Part shown: positions 21,805-32,882 of the stretch, in pieces
Position numbering within the stretch: position 1 is the stretch's first letter
Layout of the letters: every line of letters begins with the position of its first letter
Assembly (NCBI GenBank): GCA_963726195.1
Contig: CAVSBO010000004.1
Coordinates: 224,001-288,000 of the forward strand
Source of the DNA: Candidatus Thorarchaeota archaeon
GTDB taxonomy: Archaea; Asgardarchaeota; Thorarchaeia; Thorarchaeales; Thorarchaeaceae
Direction of reading: 5' to 3'
Length of the DNA: 64,000 bases
Position numbers and translations under genes: made by a program
Notes under the pieces: model-generated
Database searches by the model: none
Told to the model about the DNA's origin: nothing
The model's input: the letters and a program-made list of their open reading frames with translations, nothing else

Positions 21805-23045
21805 ATGGCCGTCAATGTAATCCCCTTCTTCTCTCCTATCTCGTCAAGTCAGTTGAAAACAGAGATTGAAGGAAGCCTACGAGAGGTTGGTTCTCGAGTT
21901 TTGTCTCCTCAGGAGTTCCTTTCAGTGAAGAATGATCAGGCAGGTGTCATTCAGCATCAGCACAATTCAATACTCGTTGGCACAGGTGGAACTGAGAACA
22001 TGATTACAGAGTTTCTAGGGAAGAGCGGCCTTAGCCCACCTATTGTTCTTCTGTCGCACACTCAATCCAACTCGTTGCCTGCCCGCAATGGAAGTGCGCA
22101 CGTACTTACAGAAGCGCGGAATCCCTTCGCGTATCGTTCATGCACAGCTCCCCGAGCTGGCCAAGACAATACGAGAGTGGTGCCATTTCTCCGATGTTGA
22201 AGAGAGGATTCGCAACTCCCGCTTGGCAGTGATTGGCAAGCCTTCACCTTGGCTCGTAGCATCCACAGTAAGCACATCTGCGGTTCGAAAGCGATGGGGA
22301 ACCTCTATCGTCGAAGTACCTCTCAATGAGCTGATTGGTCTGTTGGACACGCCTGCCTCGGATAAGACGCAATCTGCAGTCGAGGATTTCGTGCGAGGAG
22401 CAGTCTGTAGCGATGTGCCCATAGAGGATGTAGAAAAAGCTGGTCTGGTTTCGCAAGCAATGGAAACGCTCGCCCAAAAACACAACCTAGACGCGCTATC
22501 TGTTGAGTGTTTCACTTTAGAGCGCGAGGCTGGCATGACCGGTTGCTGTGCTCTGTCTTGGCTGAACAATCTGCAGGGAATGGTGGCCGGATGCGAGGGC
22601 GACGTGCCTGCGGCGTTCACAATGATGCTTGCGAAGTACCTCACAGGCCAGCCTGCTTTCTTGGCTAACATAGCTGACGTCGATGAGGCACAGAATTCCG
22701 TCGTTGCCGCCCATTGCACGATTCCAACATCGATTGTCAGTGCGTATGAAATCACCACGCATTTCGAGAACAGGTGCAGGCGTTGCAATAAGGGGAAAGT
22801 TCCCTCTGCAAGCCGTGACAATACTGAAGATGTTTGGCGAAGACCTTTCCCAGTACTGGGTCTCAAAGGCTGAAGTGGTGGAGAACTTGGAGAACGAGTT
22901 AGGCTGTCGAACGCAAGTCCGAGTCCACTTGGGAAAGCCAGTTCGACACCTCTTGGACGGCTCTCTAGCGAATCACCACGTGATAATACCAGGAGACTAT
23001 GCCGATTCAATCGAGAGATTCATCGCATTCAGCTTTCGGAAGTAG
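21805..23045 (+). CDS. L-fucose/L-arabinose isomerase-like protein (indels at ~22083 and ~22773)
   Basis: GTGGTE, NSLPA, LSVECF, GCEGDVP, AHCTIP, THFE, CRTQV, ANHHVI..GD. Confidence 0.8.
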
Positions 23046-23132
23046 TCTATCACAGGGACAGAATCGCCCATCACGGCCGTCGAGGGACATGCAGATATCG
23101 TATTTAAACACGTGATACGAAGTCACTAGCTT

Positions 23133-23417
23133 GTGAAGAGCTACACGCGGCTGAATGTCGCAGAGAGGAACTATCTTACTGGTGTCATGAAGGCGTTCCT
23201 TGAGAGGAAGGCTAAGAGAACTAACCAGAACTACGTGATCGGATGCTTTCGCAACGTTCCTCTAGCGATATTTGACGACATAGCGAAGGAACTTGAGGGG
23301 GTGGGTGACAGCGAGCGTCGCGCGGAGCTGGTCACAATCAGGGAGAGACTCGCCGAATATCTGTCCACTCGTGTTGACAGGACACAGTGGAGCGCATGGG
23401 CGATTGGTCGTTCGTAG
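23133..23417 (+). CDS. Hypothetical helical protein
   Basis: 94-aa ORF with TATA-like TATTTAAA ~30 nt upstream. Confidence 0.55.
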   Translation: MKSYTRLNVAERNYLTGVMKAFLERKAKRTNQNYVIGCFRNVPLAIFDDIAKELEGVGDSERRAELVTIRERLAEYLSTRVDRTQWSAWAIGRS

Positions 23418-23682
23418 TCAGACGCTCCAATCAATCTCTCTCCACAAACGATTCTGAGTCTTCCTGCATCGTTTCCTTTTCACCTGCTAGCTGGGACAAT
23501 GATTTCCCTGCAGTCGCATAATCGCGTACTCTGTCAAGCACCTTCCTTTTGCTCCATGCCGAGTCGCACCAGGCAAAGTTCCGTGCATGGAAGTGTTCTC
23601 GGTATGACCCTAGAACTGTCGCTAGCTTTAAAAACGGCCTCTCTGCTGCTCGCTTAATCGCCCGACCAAAGGGGACTCGCAG

Positions 23683-25275
23683 ATGGAAGGCTCCGTTCTT
23701 AGAAGCAGTGCACTCATGTGCTTGGTAGTCATGACTGTGCTAGTCGCGGGTGCTGCTCAGATGCAGCCCATAGCTTCCGCACCCTCCACAGGACCTGTTT
23801 CTGGGGATCATGCTCAAGGACCTTCTGTCCCGAGTGGCTACGACTCGCCCAACATCACTATTGTCCTGATAACACCAGCAAACCAGAGCAGGGTCGTCGG
23901 AATCTTCAACATGACTCTGTCGATAACCTCGGTAAACGGGCCCCTGAATCTCACTCTCTTCGTGGATTCTAAGATATATCCGGCCTATAACCGGACTTTG
24001 ATTGCAACGGGATCTCAAAACGTCACTGTTGATAGCAGGACTCTCCGCGAAGGGAATCTGAACTTCACTCTATACTTCGAGACCGACGCTGTTCAGCCAA
24101 TAGAGCGGGAGACCTATCACTTAATCTTCCTTGTTGACAACCATGGTCCTCCGAGCATTGCTTTTGTCGCACCGGCAAACAATGGAACATTCACGGGCAT
24201 GGACCATCTGGTTCTGAATATCACGTCCGATTACACCCATGTGAATCTGACTGTCAAGATCGACGGTGTCATAACTAAGGAGTTCAACTCAACACCCGTT
24301 TCTGTTGGGATGGGCAACTACACGATTAACGGTACACGCTATGATAATGGTGTACATACGGTGAATGCGACCGTTGTCACCGAGGAAGGCCTGAAGGCAA
24401 GCGTGTCAAGATCCCTATACTTTCTTGACTATGTCAGGTTCGCGATTATCGATCTTACAGCCTACAGCACTGTAAAGGGTAATCAGTCCATAACTATCAA
24501 GGTGTTTACGCCATTCCACAATGTGACCTTCTCAGCCTACGTGGACAACGTGCTGGTTCCTAGTGTCGCGAATATCACGTTGCCCAGGGGCACATCAGTA
24601 TTCAAGATTAACACGACAGTGTACACCGAAGGCAATCACAATTTCACCTTCAAGGCGTTTGCAAACAACACCTACGTGTGGACTGACACCGTACTGCTTG
24701 ATGTTGACAACCACGGACCAGCCTCCGTGGTCTTCATCCCGGTGCATGCCGACGTGTTTGTAGGTCTGACAACTTTCACAGTGAACATAACGAGCGACTG
24801 GCATACCGTGAACGTGAGCGTGTTTGTCGACGATGTTGTCGTTCCCGGGCTGGCCAACGTGACGGTTCCGTCGGGTTCCTACAGCTTCCAGTTCGATGTG
24901 AGTTCTTACTCAAAATGGCAACACACAGTCAAGGTGGTTGTGATCACTCTGGAAGGACTGAAAGCGGAAGTCGAGAGAAAGTTCGGATTTGCGAGCGTGA
25001 GGCCAGAAGAAATCATTAGCCTCGTTGTGCTGCTTGGACTTGCGGCAGCCATACCCATCGTTCGACGGGGACAGGGAAAGCCTTCCAAGGATGTTCTCAT
25101 CGTTGATGCCGTCTTCGCGTTGGCGATTGTGCTCATCTTCGCTGCAGTTGGGGTTACCAGCTACGCACTCCTTGTTTGGCACATCAATATCGCTAGTATC
25201 TGGGCGATAGGGAGTGCCCTTGTTTTTGCAAACTGGGCAGTGCCGATTGTGACTCAAGAAACAAGCGAAGAGTAA
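23683..25275 (+). CDS. Secreted Ig-like repeat glycoprotein with C-terminal multi-TM anchor
   Basis: Signal peptide; ~95-aa beta repeats (VDNHGP twice; V.T.EGLKA.V.R twice); >20 N-x-S/T sequons; three C-terminal hydrophobic segments. Confidence 0.8.
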   Translation: MEGSVLRSSALMCLVVMTVLVAGAAQMQPIASAPSTGPVSGDHAQGPSVPSGYDSPNITIVLITPANQSRVVGIFNMTLSITSVNGPLNLTLFVDSKIYPAYNRTLIATGSQNVTVDSRTLREGNLNFTLYFETDAVQPIERETYHLIFLVDNHGPPSIAFVAPANNGTFTGMDHLVLNITSDYTHVNLTVKIDGVITKEFNSTPVSVGMGNYTINGTRYDNGVHTVNATVVTEEGLKASVSRSLYFLDYVRFAIIDLTAYSTVKGNQSITIKVFTPFHNVTFSAYVDNVLVPSVANITLPRGTSVFKINTTVYTEGNHNFTFKAFANNTYVWTDTVLLDVDNHGPASVVFIPVHADVFVGLTTFTVNITSDWHTVNVSVFVDDVVVPGLANVTVPSGSYSFQFDVSSYSKWQHTVKVVVITLEGLKAEVERKFGFASVRPEEIISLVVLLGLAAAIPIVRRGQGKPSKDVLIVDAVFALAIVLIFAAVGVTSYALLVWHINIASIWAIGSALVFANWAVPIVTQETSEE

Positions 25276-26160
25276 TCAGAGGAACCTATTGACAGGTATT
25301 TCCTGACAAGGCACGGTTGACCAGTTCGCAAAACCTTCGTATCTCTTTAGATAATCGCTCGTGACCCTTGTGTAGGCGGAAGTGGCCCTCAAAGAGGATG
25401 ACAACCTTGCAGTCTTGGATATGACCTCCTCCAGATGCTCAATTCCCTGAGGCATGGTATCCGCGACAAACCGGGCGCGTTTGCCTTCAGATCGTAAAAC
25501 TGCACCTACTCCCACCAGAATCTTCCCAGTATAGAACTCAAGAATTCTCCCATCTTCATTTCTGCCGGCAATCTCTCTAACAACGGATAGTAGCTCGCCT
25601 GGAGGAGCTACCAAGGAGAAAACCCAATTCTTGGGCAGGACAGAAGGATCGACGGTAGCGGCAGTCACTCTCGCATTATTTCTTGTCGGTATTTCCTTGA
25701 TGGGCGCTTCGATGTCGAACAGCGAGCCCCTAGCAAAATACTTGATTTTCATCCAGAAGTTGTATGCTTCGGGGGGCGAATCTGCTACGACTCTTCCGAT
25801 TCTCTTGGCCTTCAGCAGTTCTTCGGCTGCACGAACTAGTTGGGCGCCTATGTTTCTTTTCTGGTATCTGATGTCCACATCGACGCTTCCAATCAGGCCA
25901 ATCGGACCAGTAGTCGGATTCCTCTCTATTCCAAATACTATCTCCCCTACTACCTTCTCCTCATGCTCTGCTACGAGCCAGCCCCAACTGGCGAAGTCCA
26001 GTGCTCTATGCTCTGTCTTCACTTCTTCGACGGTACTGTACTTACGCCTAAGCCAACGGGTTGTCTGGTATATGGTTAGGATGTCCTTGCAGTCTCTCAT
26101 TCCTCCTCTCCGTATCGTCACGGGCAGGGTGTGAGGGCTGCTTTGGACGGCTGCGATCAT
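25276..26160 (-). CDS. GNAT acetyltransferase
   Basis: LVAEHEEKVVG, VDIRYQKRNIGAQLV, AYNFW. Confidence 0.8.
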   Translation of the reverse strand: MIAAVQSSPHTLPVTIRRGGMRDCKDILTIYQTTRWLRRKYSTVEEVKTEHRALDFASWGWLVAEHEEKVVGEIVFGIERNPTTGPIGLIGSVDVDIRYQKRNIGAQLVRAAEELLKAKRIGRVVADSPPEAYNFWMKIKYFARGSLFDIEAPIKEIPTRNNARVTAATVDPSVLPKNWVFSLVAPPGELLSVVREIAGRNEDGRILEFYTGKILVGVGAVLRSEGKRARFVADTMPQGIEHLEEVISKTARLSSSLRATSAYTRVTSDYLKRYEGFANWSTVPCQEIPVNRFL

Positions 26161-26231
26161 GATTCACCACCTGAGAGCCTTGCGGTAAAGGGCGGCCAGC
26201 TCTAACATAAGGCTGTGTAACATTGTGCTTG

Positions 26232-27183
26232 TCAGATTGGGCGAGATGTCCGATAGATTTCCTCGCAGATCTTGATGCACCCTCTGCTGAGGTCCACGGC
26301 GCTTGGACCAAACAGGTAGAGAATCGGTTCAACTCCTACACCGCCTGGCACATGGATTGCGGTTAGCGAAGGTCTCTTTCTTTTCACCCTGTCGACGACC
26401 TGACTGGCAGATTCTGCAATTTCGTTGGCGTCACTTGTTGGCTTGTTCATTTTGTATACTACAAAACCTTGATTCGCAGCAGCTTGGACTATCTCGTCAC
26501 GCCCGCTTATGCACAGGCATGCCTTCGTCTCAGGCCATTCGTTCTTGGCCCAGAGCAGAAGCGCCGCAGTGTGCCGAGAGGCGCCGAACTGGGGGCCTTC
26601 GTGAGCTACAGCTCGACCGTTCACGAGGGTGATCCTCCCCGGGACACCAGCAACATCTGCGTCGGACGTGCCATCGGAGTCGCATGCAACAAGATTGGCC
26701 CTGACTTGTGGCATTACCAGTGAGAAGTTGTCGCATGCCTCGATATCTTTCAGCGCGAGTTCTAGATCCCTCAGAATCTTCGCCCGTCCCGAGAGACTTG
26801 CTTCGTGTCCAGAAAGCAATTCGGAACAGATTTGGCAGTCAGCTGAGCTTGAGTCTAGGCACTGCATCTCTGTGGCTCTTGCATATGCTCGAACCAAGCC
26901 TGAGGTACATGCATGAGGAACAAACGGCTTTGGTTGTCTTGTCGCTGCCACCGGATCCTGATATGATCAAATCTGTCAATGTCTTCACGAGGGTTGCCAC
27001 GGATTTGTGCTCTTGGCCTGTTGGTGAGGGTTGCGATAGGTACTTGCTGACGGCAGCTTGGGTTATGTCAAGTCCGTTCGCTATTTCGCTTTGCGAGAGT
27101 CCCCTTTCTCTAAGTGCCTTCGCAGTTCCAGCTCTGACTGCAGGAAGGAAGTCTCTGATTACGAGTTCGCAGGGTGGCCGCAT
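26232..27183 (-). CDS. thiR: ThiR-type regulator (XRE HTH plus ThiN thiamine-phosphate-synthase-like domain), frameshifted at ~26870
   Basis: MRPPCE..LPAVRA..GLSQSEIANGLDITQAAVSKY; MPQVRANL..DVAGVPGRI..FGASRH..GVGVEPILY. Confidence 0.82.
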
Positions 27184-27223
27184 AACAATCACTCCATGGG
27201 AAACTATATATCCGGAGGCTTTC

Positions 27224-27238
27224 TATAACCGAGTTGTA
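27224..27238. promoter_or_regulatory. Putative ThiR operator
   Basis: Near-palindrome TATAAC-CGA-GTTGTA between divergent thiR and thiB, flanked by two TATA-like boxes. Confidence 0.55.
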
Positions 27239-27266
27239 CAACAGGCATATAAAAGTGAGCATCGAG

Positions 27267-28391
27267 ATGTCGGAGACGCACTACGCAGGAAGACGTGATC
27301 CTAGGAAAGTCCTCATTGCCGTGGCCCTAATCATGAGCGTGTCAGTGGCGGCCTACGCACTGTGGGTTTGGCCAACGCCCAAGCTGCTGGTCTATACATA
27401 TGACAGCTTCCTTAAGTCCGGTGACCTTCCCGACTCCATCGATGACGAAGTCTTTGGGCCATTCATGCGGCAGTATGGTGTGGACGTTCAGATAGTGCGT
27501 CTTCAGACAGACGCCAACGGGATTGTGTCAAGGCTTGTTGCAGAGTCTCAGAAGCCTGTTGCAGACGTGGTAATCGGGATTGACAACACACTGATTCTGC
27601 AGCCCCTTGCCCAAGAAGTCACCGAGCCCTACGTACCTTCCACTATCAATATGGTAAATGACTCTCTGATCAACGCCCTAGACCCGGAGCACCATGTCGT
27701 TCCGTTTGATTTTGGACTTGTGTCAATCATATACAGCCAGTCGAAGATCAATGAAACCGTCCACCCGGAACTTGCCAACCTTACATTTGCAGATCTCGCC
27801 AACCATCAATTGGCCTCTGCGCTCGTGACAGAAAACCCGCTTCTGAGCAGTCCCGGTCTCTCATTCTTGCTCACCCAGATTGCAGTGTATGAGAAGCTGC
27901 TCAATCAGGATTGGAAGACTTGGTGGACACAAGTTAAGGGATACATCGATGTACAACCCGGATGGACAGAGGCTTGGACAAAATGGTATTCCAACCCCGC
28001 GACACAGATGATGGCTAGCTATGGCACGGACCCCGCGTACTCTTACCACGCAACAAACTCGACTCCGGATACGAGATTAGCCCCGATATATCACAATGGC
28101 ACCCACTACGCATGGATGCAAGTCGAAGGAATCGGGCTAGTGAAGAATGGACCCAACCCGACACTGGCCCGCGCCTTCATCGACTACTGTCTGACGCCTT
28201 CAGTTCAGTCATATGTGGGATTGAATCAGTGGATGTTCCCAGCTGTCAATCACATCTCTCTTGACAAGGCGTTCGACTATGCGCTTCATCCCAACGACGT
28301 GGCAATCCTGAATGATCTCTTCACTAGAACCGAGATTGCTGCGAATCTGACCGATTGGCTGACCGCATGGGATACAATCATGAGCACTTAG
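27267..28391 (+). CDS. thiB: Thiamine ABC transporter substrate-binding protein
   Basis: LVYTYDSF, ADVVIGIDN, SSPGLSFL, GWTEAW, SYGTDPAY, QVEG, QWMFP. Confidence 0.9.
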   Translation: MSETHYAGRRDPRKVLIAVALIMSVSVAAYALWVWPTPKLLVYTYDSFLKSGDLPDSIDDEVFGPFMRQYGVDVQIVRLQTDANGIVSRLVAESQKPVADVVIGIDNTLILQPLAQEVTEPYVPSTINMVNDSLINALDPEHHVVPFDFGLVSIIYSQSKINETVHPELANLTFADLANHQLASALVTENPLLSSPGLSFLLTQIAVYEKLLNQDWKTWWTQVKGYIDVQPGWTEAWTKWYSNPATQMMASYGTDPAYSYHATNSTPDTRLAPIYHNGTHYAWMQVEGIGLVKNGPNPTLARAFIDYCLTPSVQSYVGLNQWMFPAVNHISLDKAFDYALHPNDVAILNDLFTRTEIAANLTDWLTAWDTIMST

Positions 28392-28404
28392 TCGGGGTAC
28401 TCGC

Positions 28405-30052
28405 ATGAAATCGCGGACACTACTGGGCCATCTGATACTCTACTTCCCCGTGGTCCTGCTGGCCGGCTTTCTCATCTACCCTGTCTCTGCCGTGATACTC
28501 GACGGCATTGGATCCGGACTTGGGACGCCCTTCATCAATGTGATGACCTCGCCTGTGACCCTCAACGCCTTGTCCTTTAGTGCCTATCAGGCGGCAATCA
28601 GTACTCTAGTCGCTGTCAGCTCTCGGACTCCCGGGCGCCTATATATTCACCCGTCTCAGGTTCAGGGGCAAGTCAGTAGTTCGCGCAGCCATGGTCATAC
28701 CTTTCGTACTACCGCCCATTGTTGTTGTCGTCGGCTTTCTCCAGATGTTCGGCGCTTACGGTTTCGTCGATTCCTTTGCAATGGCACTCACCGGATCGAG
28801 GACCTCGGTCCTGAACCTAGCAAGCGGGATTACCGGAATAGTCCTGGCTCATGCCTTCTACAACGTGCCACTAGTCATACTGATGGTCTCCGCATCATTG
28901 GAGCGGCTGAGCCCCGACATCGAAGAGAGTGCTGACATTCTCGGCGCCTCGTCTATGCAGAAGTTGCGAAGAATAGTACTCCCTCATATACTGCCTGCAC
29001 TTCTGGCATCTGCTATCCTTACTTTCCTGTTCTGCTTCACATCATTTCCTATTGTCCTATCACTCGGCGGTGGTTCCTACTCCACTCTCGAAGTTAGGAT
29101 ATGGTATGCGTTCAGAATCTATGACTATAGTGCGGCAAGTTCTCTGGCGCTTGTGCAGATCCTCATCACGGTAGCTCTCGCATTCTCGTACTTTCGTCTC
29201 GGGGGCTCCAGAGCTTACGTGGCAGCTCCCACATCCAGAATCAAGCAAGTCAGTCTTGATGAACTAGGCAGTCGCCAAGCTGTGCTCGCCCTCTTGTACG
29301 TCGTAATACTGTTGGTGCTGGTTGCTGGCCCTATCGTGGCCATAGTAAGAGCGTCTGTCTATGACCCTGTGGCTCAAGTCTACACGTGGGCGGGCTTTGG
29401 GAGTCTGCTCTCTGCGGGCTTAGGAGGGGGTCTTATTCCGCTCATCAACTCAGTCTTCTACGCAGGAACGGCAACTGTGCTTGCCGTTATCCTAGGCCTG
29501 CCTCTCGCGTACTTGCATCAGCGTCCGGGGCTCAGTGCCTCAACTGTTTCTTCGCTTACTACGTTTCTGCCGCTGGGCGTGTCTGCAATAACGATGGCTT
29601 ACGGACTGATGCTGTTCGTCGTGGTACCGCTTGGCCTGAGTGTCAACCCCTGGCCTGCAATAGTCCTTGCCCAGACGATGATTGGACTCCCGTTCAGTGC
29701 GCGTTCAATTGAGATTGCTCTTCGAAACATTGACCCTGCGCTGTTGGACCAAGCGGACCTCCTCGGAGCCTCGCGTCTGCAGAGGCTTTTCTTCGTTGAG
29801 CTTCCTCTGCTGGCACCGGGTATTCTTGTCGGAGCGGTCTTTGCATTCGCCATGGCAATCGGTGAGATGTCAGCAACCCTCTTCATTGCGTTGCCTCAGA
29901 ATGTGACACTCGCTGTGGCGATATATCAGGATCTGGGCGTTAGGAAGTTCGTTCAGGCAGGGGCTTCTGCCTTTGTGCTCGTCATTGTTTGTCTGATTGC
30001 CTTCCTTCTAATAGAGAGATTGACTGGCAAGCAGTCAGGTGGTGTACTATGA
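28405..30052 (+). CDS. thiP: Thiamine ABC transporter permease (indel at ~28622)
   Basis: PFVLPPIVV, LAHAFYNVP, two EAA-type loops. Confidence 0.88.
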
Positions 30053-31110
30053 CAGTCAGGATTGAGCTTTGGGGTCTTCGAAAGGAGTTCAAAGATGGCA
30101 CACGTGTCGGTCCAATCGATCTGACTGTTGAGAAGGGCGAACTCCTGACTCTCCTCGGACCAAGTGGGTCGGGAAAAACCACCACCCTAAGGATGGTTGC
30201 AGGGTTCATACGCCCGCAGTCAGGCACCTTAACATTCAACGGACAAGATATGATTGACGTTCCGCCTCGGGAACGAGGAATCGGGATGGTCTTCCAGTCC
30301 ATAGCATTGTTTCCTCACATGGATGTCTTCCAAAACATTGCATTTGGTCTGGAAATGGAGCACTGGAATCGTTCCCAGGTTGTCGAACGGGTTGAGGAGT
30401 TGTCTAGGATGCTGGGTATTCACGGGCTTCTAGGTCGACCAATTAGTGAAGTAAGCGGGGGCGAGGCTCAACGCGTAGCACTTGCGAGAGCTCTGGCCAG
30501 AAAGCCTCAGGTGCTACTTCTCGATGAACCTCTTTCCTCACTGGATCCCCAGTTAAGAGATTACTTAGAGATGGAAATCCGAAGGGTGCAGAGAAGCCTA
30601 GGCATTACAGCTCTCTATGTCACACATAATCAGGCCGAAGCTTTTGCCATATCCGACAAAGTAGCTGTCATGAATGACGGGCTAGTAGTCCAAGCGGGGA
30701 CGCCTGAGGATCTGTATGAGAGTCCGAATAGCGAATTCGTTGCTAGATTCGTCGGAAGTGGCAACGTCTTTTCTGGAGTCGTGGAGGAGGCACGCAGTCA
30801 CTCAGTTCTGGTTCGGACCAACGACTATCTGTTCGAAGTGAACGGCCACAGAGAAAAGGGTTCTCGGATTTGTTTCTCAGTCAGACCTGAGGACATTACA
30901 ATAGAGCTTGCTGACTCTGACAGGGATGCCCCAGCGACATTGATGTCGATCACTCCCCAAGTGGGATCGAATAGGGTTGTTCTCGACTTCGAAGGGAATC
31001 AGGTCATTGGCATTCTAACCGACGGCGCAGTCGTGGCTCAGCTGCGGAGGAATCCTGCCTCAAGGGTCTGGTTCGGATTTCGTCCTGAATCTGCAGTGCT
31101 CATAGGATGA
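30049..31110 (+). CDS. thiQ: ABC transporter ATP-binding protein
   Basis: GPSGSGKT, VSGGEAQR, LLLDEP, C-terminal TOBE-like domain. Confidence 0.85.
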   Translation: MTVRIELWGLRKEFKDGTRVGPIDLTVEKGELLTLLGPSGSGKTTTLRMVAGFIRPQSGTLTFNGQDMIDVPPRERGIGMVFQSIALFPHMDVFQNIAFGLEMEHWNRSQVVERVEELSRMLGIHGLLGRPISEVSGGEAQRVALARALARKPQVLLLDEPLSSLDPQLRDYLEMEIRRVQRSLGITALYVTHNQAEAFAISDKVAVMNDGLVVQAGTPEDLYESPNSEFVARFVGSGNVFSGVVEEARSHSVLVRTNDYLFEVNGHREKGSRICFSVRPEDITIELADSDRDAPATLMSITPQVGSNRVVLDFEGNQVIGILTDGAVVAQLRRNPASRVWFGFRPESAVLIG

Positions 31111-31424
31111 GACCTCTTTATCCTTGCAGAATCAGGTAGCTCGGGCTTCTCACAGTCAATCTCGATTGCCACTTCAGTGTAGGGTCATTCTGGACGAGGG
31201 TCCAATGGCATAGCTTTTGGCACTCAATCTGGGTCCGAGTTGACGTGGAAGTCCGGGTATCTAACACAATAACAGTGATATAGCACCAAGCCACTTATCG
31301 ATGACATTGAGCAGGCTGAGGTACGCTTGGGTTGCTTGCCTGCCAAGCCATGAACCGCTAGGAAATGTGGACGATGGCACAGGAACCTAGAGCCAGTGTT
31401 ACAATGAATCCGTAGTGATTGGCA

Positions 31425-32312
31425 ATGGTAAAGGGGTACGAAGTTTCAGAGGATGGCACCCTTCGAGAAGTCGAACTCAGCAAGGCTGGACTTGATTCGG
31501 CCAAGGTAGTCTGCGTGGTCGACGACGAGACCAAGAGCATCTACCTTTGGAAAGGAAGCCGAGCTGATATCAGGCGTAAGTTTGTGGGGGCTAGGATAGC
31601 CACTAATCTTAGAACTGAGTACGGATTCAACTTCAAAGTCCGTCCTGTAGAGGAAGGTGAGGAGCCGCCGAGCTTCTTCACAGCACTCGATGGATCAACC
31701 ACGGCAGTACCTGTCATGAAACCTGGTGAAGCTGCACCTCCTCAGAAACCCCCGACTCCAAAGGCTAAGGCTGAAACACGCAAGGCTGAGCCAGAGCCTG
31801 CGAGAGCGCCTTCAGCACCTGCAGCGTCGCCTCCGAGACCGCCCGTGTCTGCAGGAACATCAAAGTCGAGCGCATCATCTGCGGCTGTGAGTGAAGACGA
31901 GATTCAAGGTATGCTTGAGGAGCTCGAAAAACAACCGCCACCTGAAGGATACAACAGAGAGCTCTTGATTGTCAATAACCAGCTCTACACCATTGCGCAG
32001 CACAGGTTGGTTGTTTTTGGTCAGGAGAAAGTCGAGAAGCGTTTCGAGAAGGTCAAAGATCCTCCGGAGGGCACTTTCATGGCCGAAGGGTTTGTCCCAA
32101 GAGTGATTGTTAAGGACCGCAGGGTTCTAGGTATTGAACTGCTGAAAGGGACGCCGGACGCCATCCTGTCGCCTATCAAGGCCGAGATGAAGGAACGGCT
32201 TAGTGACCTGATTAGTTTCTTCAAGTCTGAGCTCGACGGTGCGCCAGAGGAAGCGGGGGAAGCCGGAGACGAAGGTAAGTCTCCCGCAAAGAAGAAGCTC
32301 GTCGCAAAATGA
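31425..32312 (+). CDS. Asgard gelsolin-domain protein: gelsolin domain, Pro/Ala linker and C-terminal domain (1DGelX-like)
   Basis: LDSAKVVCVVD..IYLWKG..RRKFVGARIA..VEEGEEPPSF gelsolin signature. Confidence 0.8.
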   Translation: MVKGYEVSEDGTLREVELSKAGLDSAKVVCVVDDETKSIYLWKGSRADIRRKFVGARIATNLRTEYGFNFKVRPVEEGEEPPSFFTALDGSTTAVPVMKPGEAAPPQKPPTPKAKAETRKAEPEPARAPSAPAASPPRPPVSAGTSKSSASSAAVSEDEIQGMLEELEKQPPPEGYNRELLIVNNQLYTIAQHRLVVFGQEKVEKRFEKVKDPPEGTFMAEGFVPRVIVKDRRVLGIELLKGTPDAILSPIKAEMKERLSDLISFFKSELDGAPEEAGEAGDEGKSPAKKKLVAK

Positions 32313-32393
32313 GCCTTAAGTGCTTGACAATCTGCGACAAAGGTATTTTAACTCACTCACCCTTGAGTAGTTCGAAAGCTGAGGGATGAAGAC

Positions 32394-32783
32394 ATGTCTG
32401 GCCATTTGGATTCACGCAAAGAGAAGGAATTGATTGAGCTTCTGATGGGCCTCACTGATGTCGCAGACTTGGATGCAATAGCTGTTGTTAGCAAGCAGGG
32501 AGTGAAGCTGGCCTACTTCGCTACCGAAGAGTCAGATGTCGATCCTGACCTGATGGCCGCTGTTAGTGCAGCATTGCTGGCAACTGGAGACATGGCAGCA
32601 GACAAACTGGCGCTTGATGTTCTCTATGAGGTTATTGTGCACGGAAAGCAGGGCTTCGTTGTGCTTTCAAATGCGGGAGACTTTCTCCTGATGGGGTCTG
32701 CGAAGGACCTGACCTCAATGGGACTTGCAGTCCAACAAATGAGGAAGTACGCAAAGGAAGTGGGCGAGCTACTCAAGAAGTAG
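32394..32783 (+). CDS. Roadblock/LC7 domain protein
   Basis: IAVVSKQG, DLMAAVSAALL, EVIVHGKQGFVV, MGLA. Confidence 0.88.
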   Translation: MSGHLDSRKEKELIELLMGLTDVADLDAIAVVSKQGVKLAYFATEESDVDPDLMAAVSAALLATGDMAADKLALDVLYEVIVHGKQGFVVLSNAGDFLLMGSAKDLTSMGLAVQQMRKYAKEVGELLKK

Positions 32784-32882
32784 TATTTCGTGCGTTCCAC
32801 GTGGAAAGCGAATTGGCAGTGCTTGTTCTTTCCGATAGTCAAATAAGCTCCTCAAGTTCCCGCCCGCAGCGGCGCATCGTCC

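Noticed and set aside
22138-23010. Long antisense ORFs (this 290-aa one, 40744..41448 and similar)
   Set aside because: They are shadows of well-supported genes on the opposite strand
27184-27266. TPP riboswitch upstream of thiB
   Set aside because: The gap is too short and lacks the CUGAGA/CUGAU core; ThiR explains the regulation
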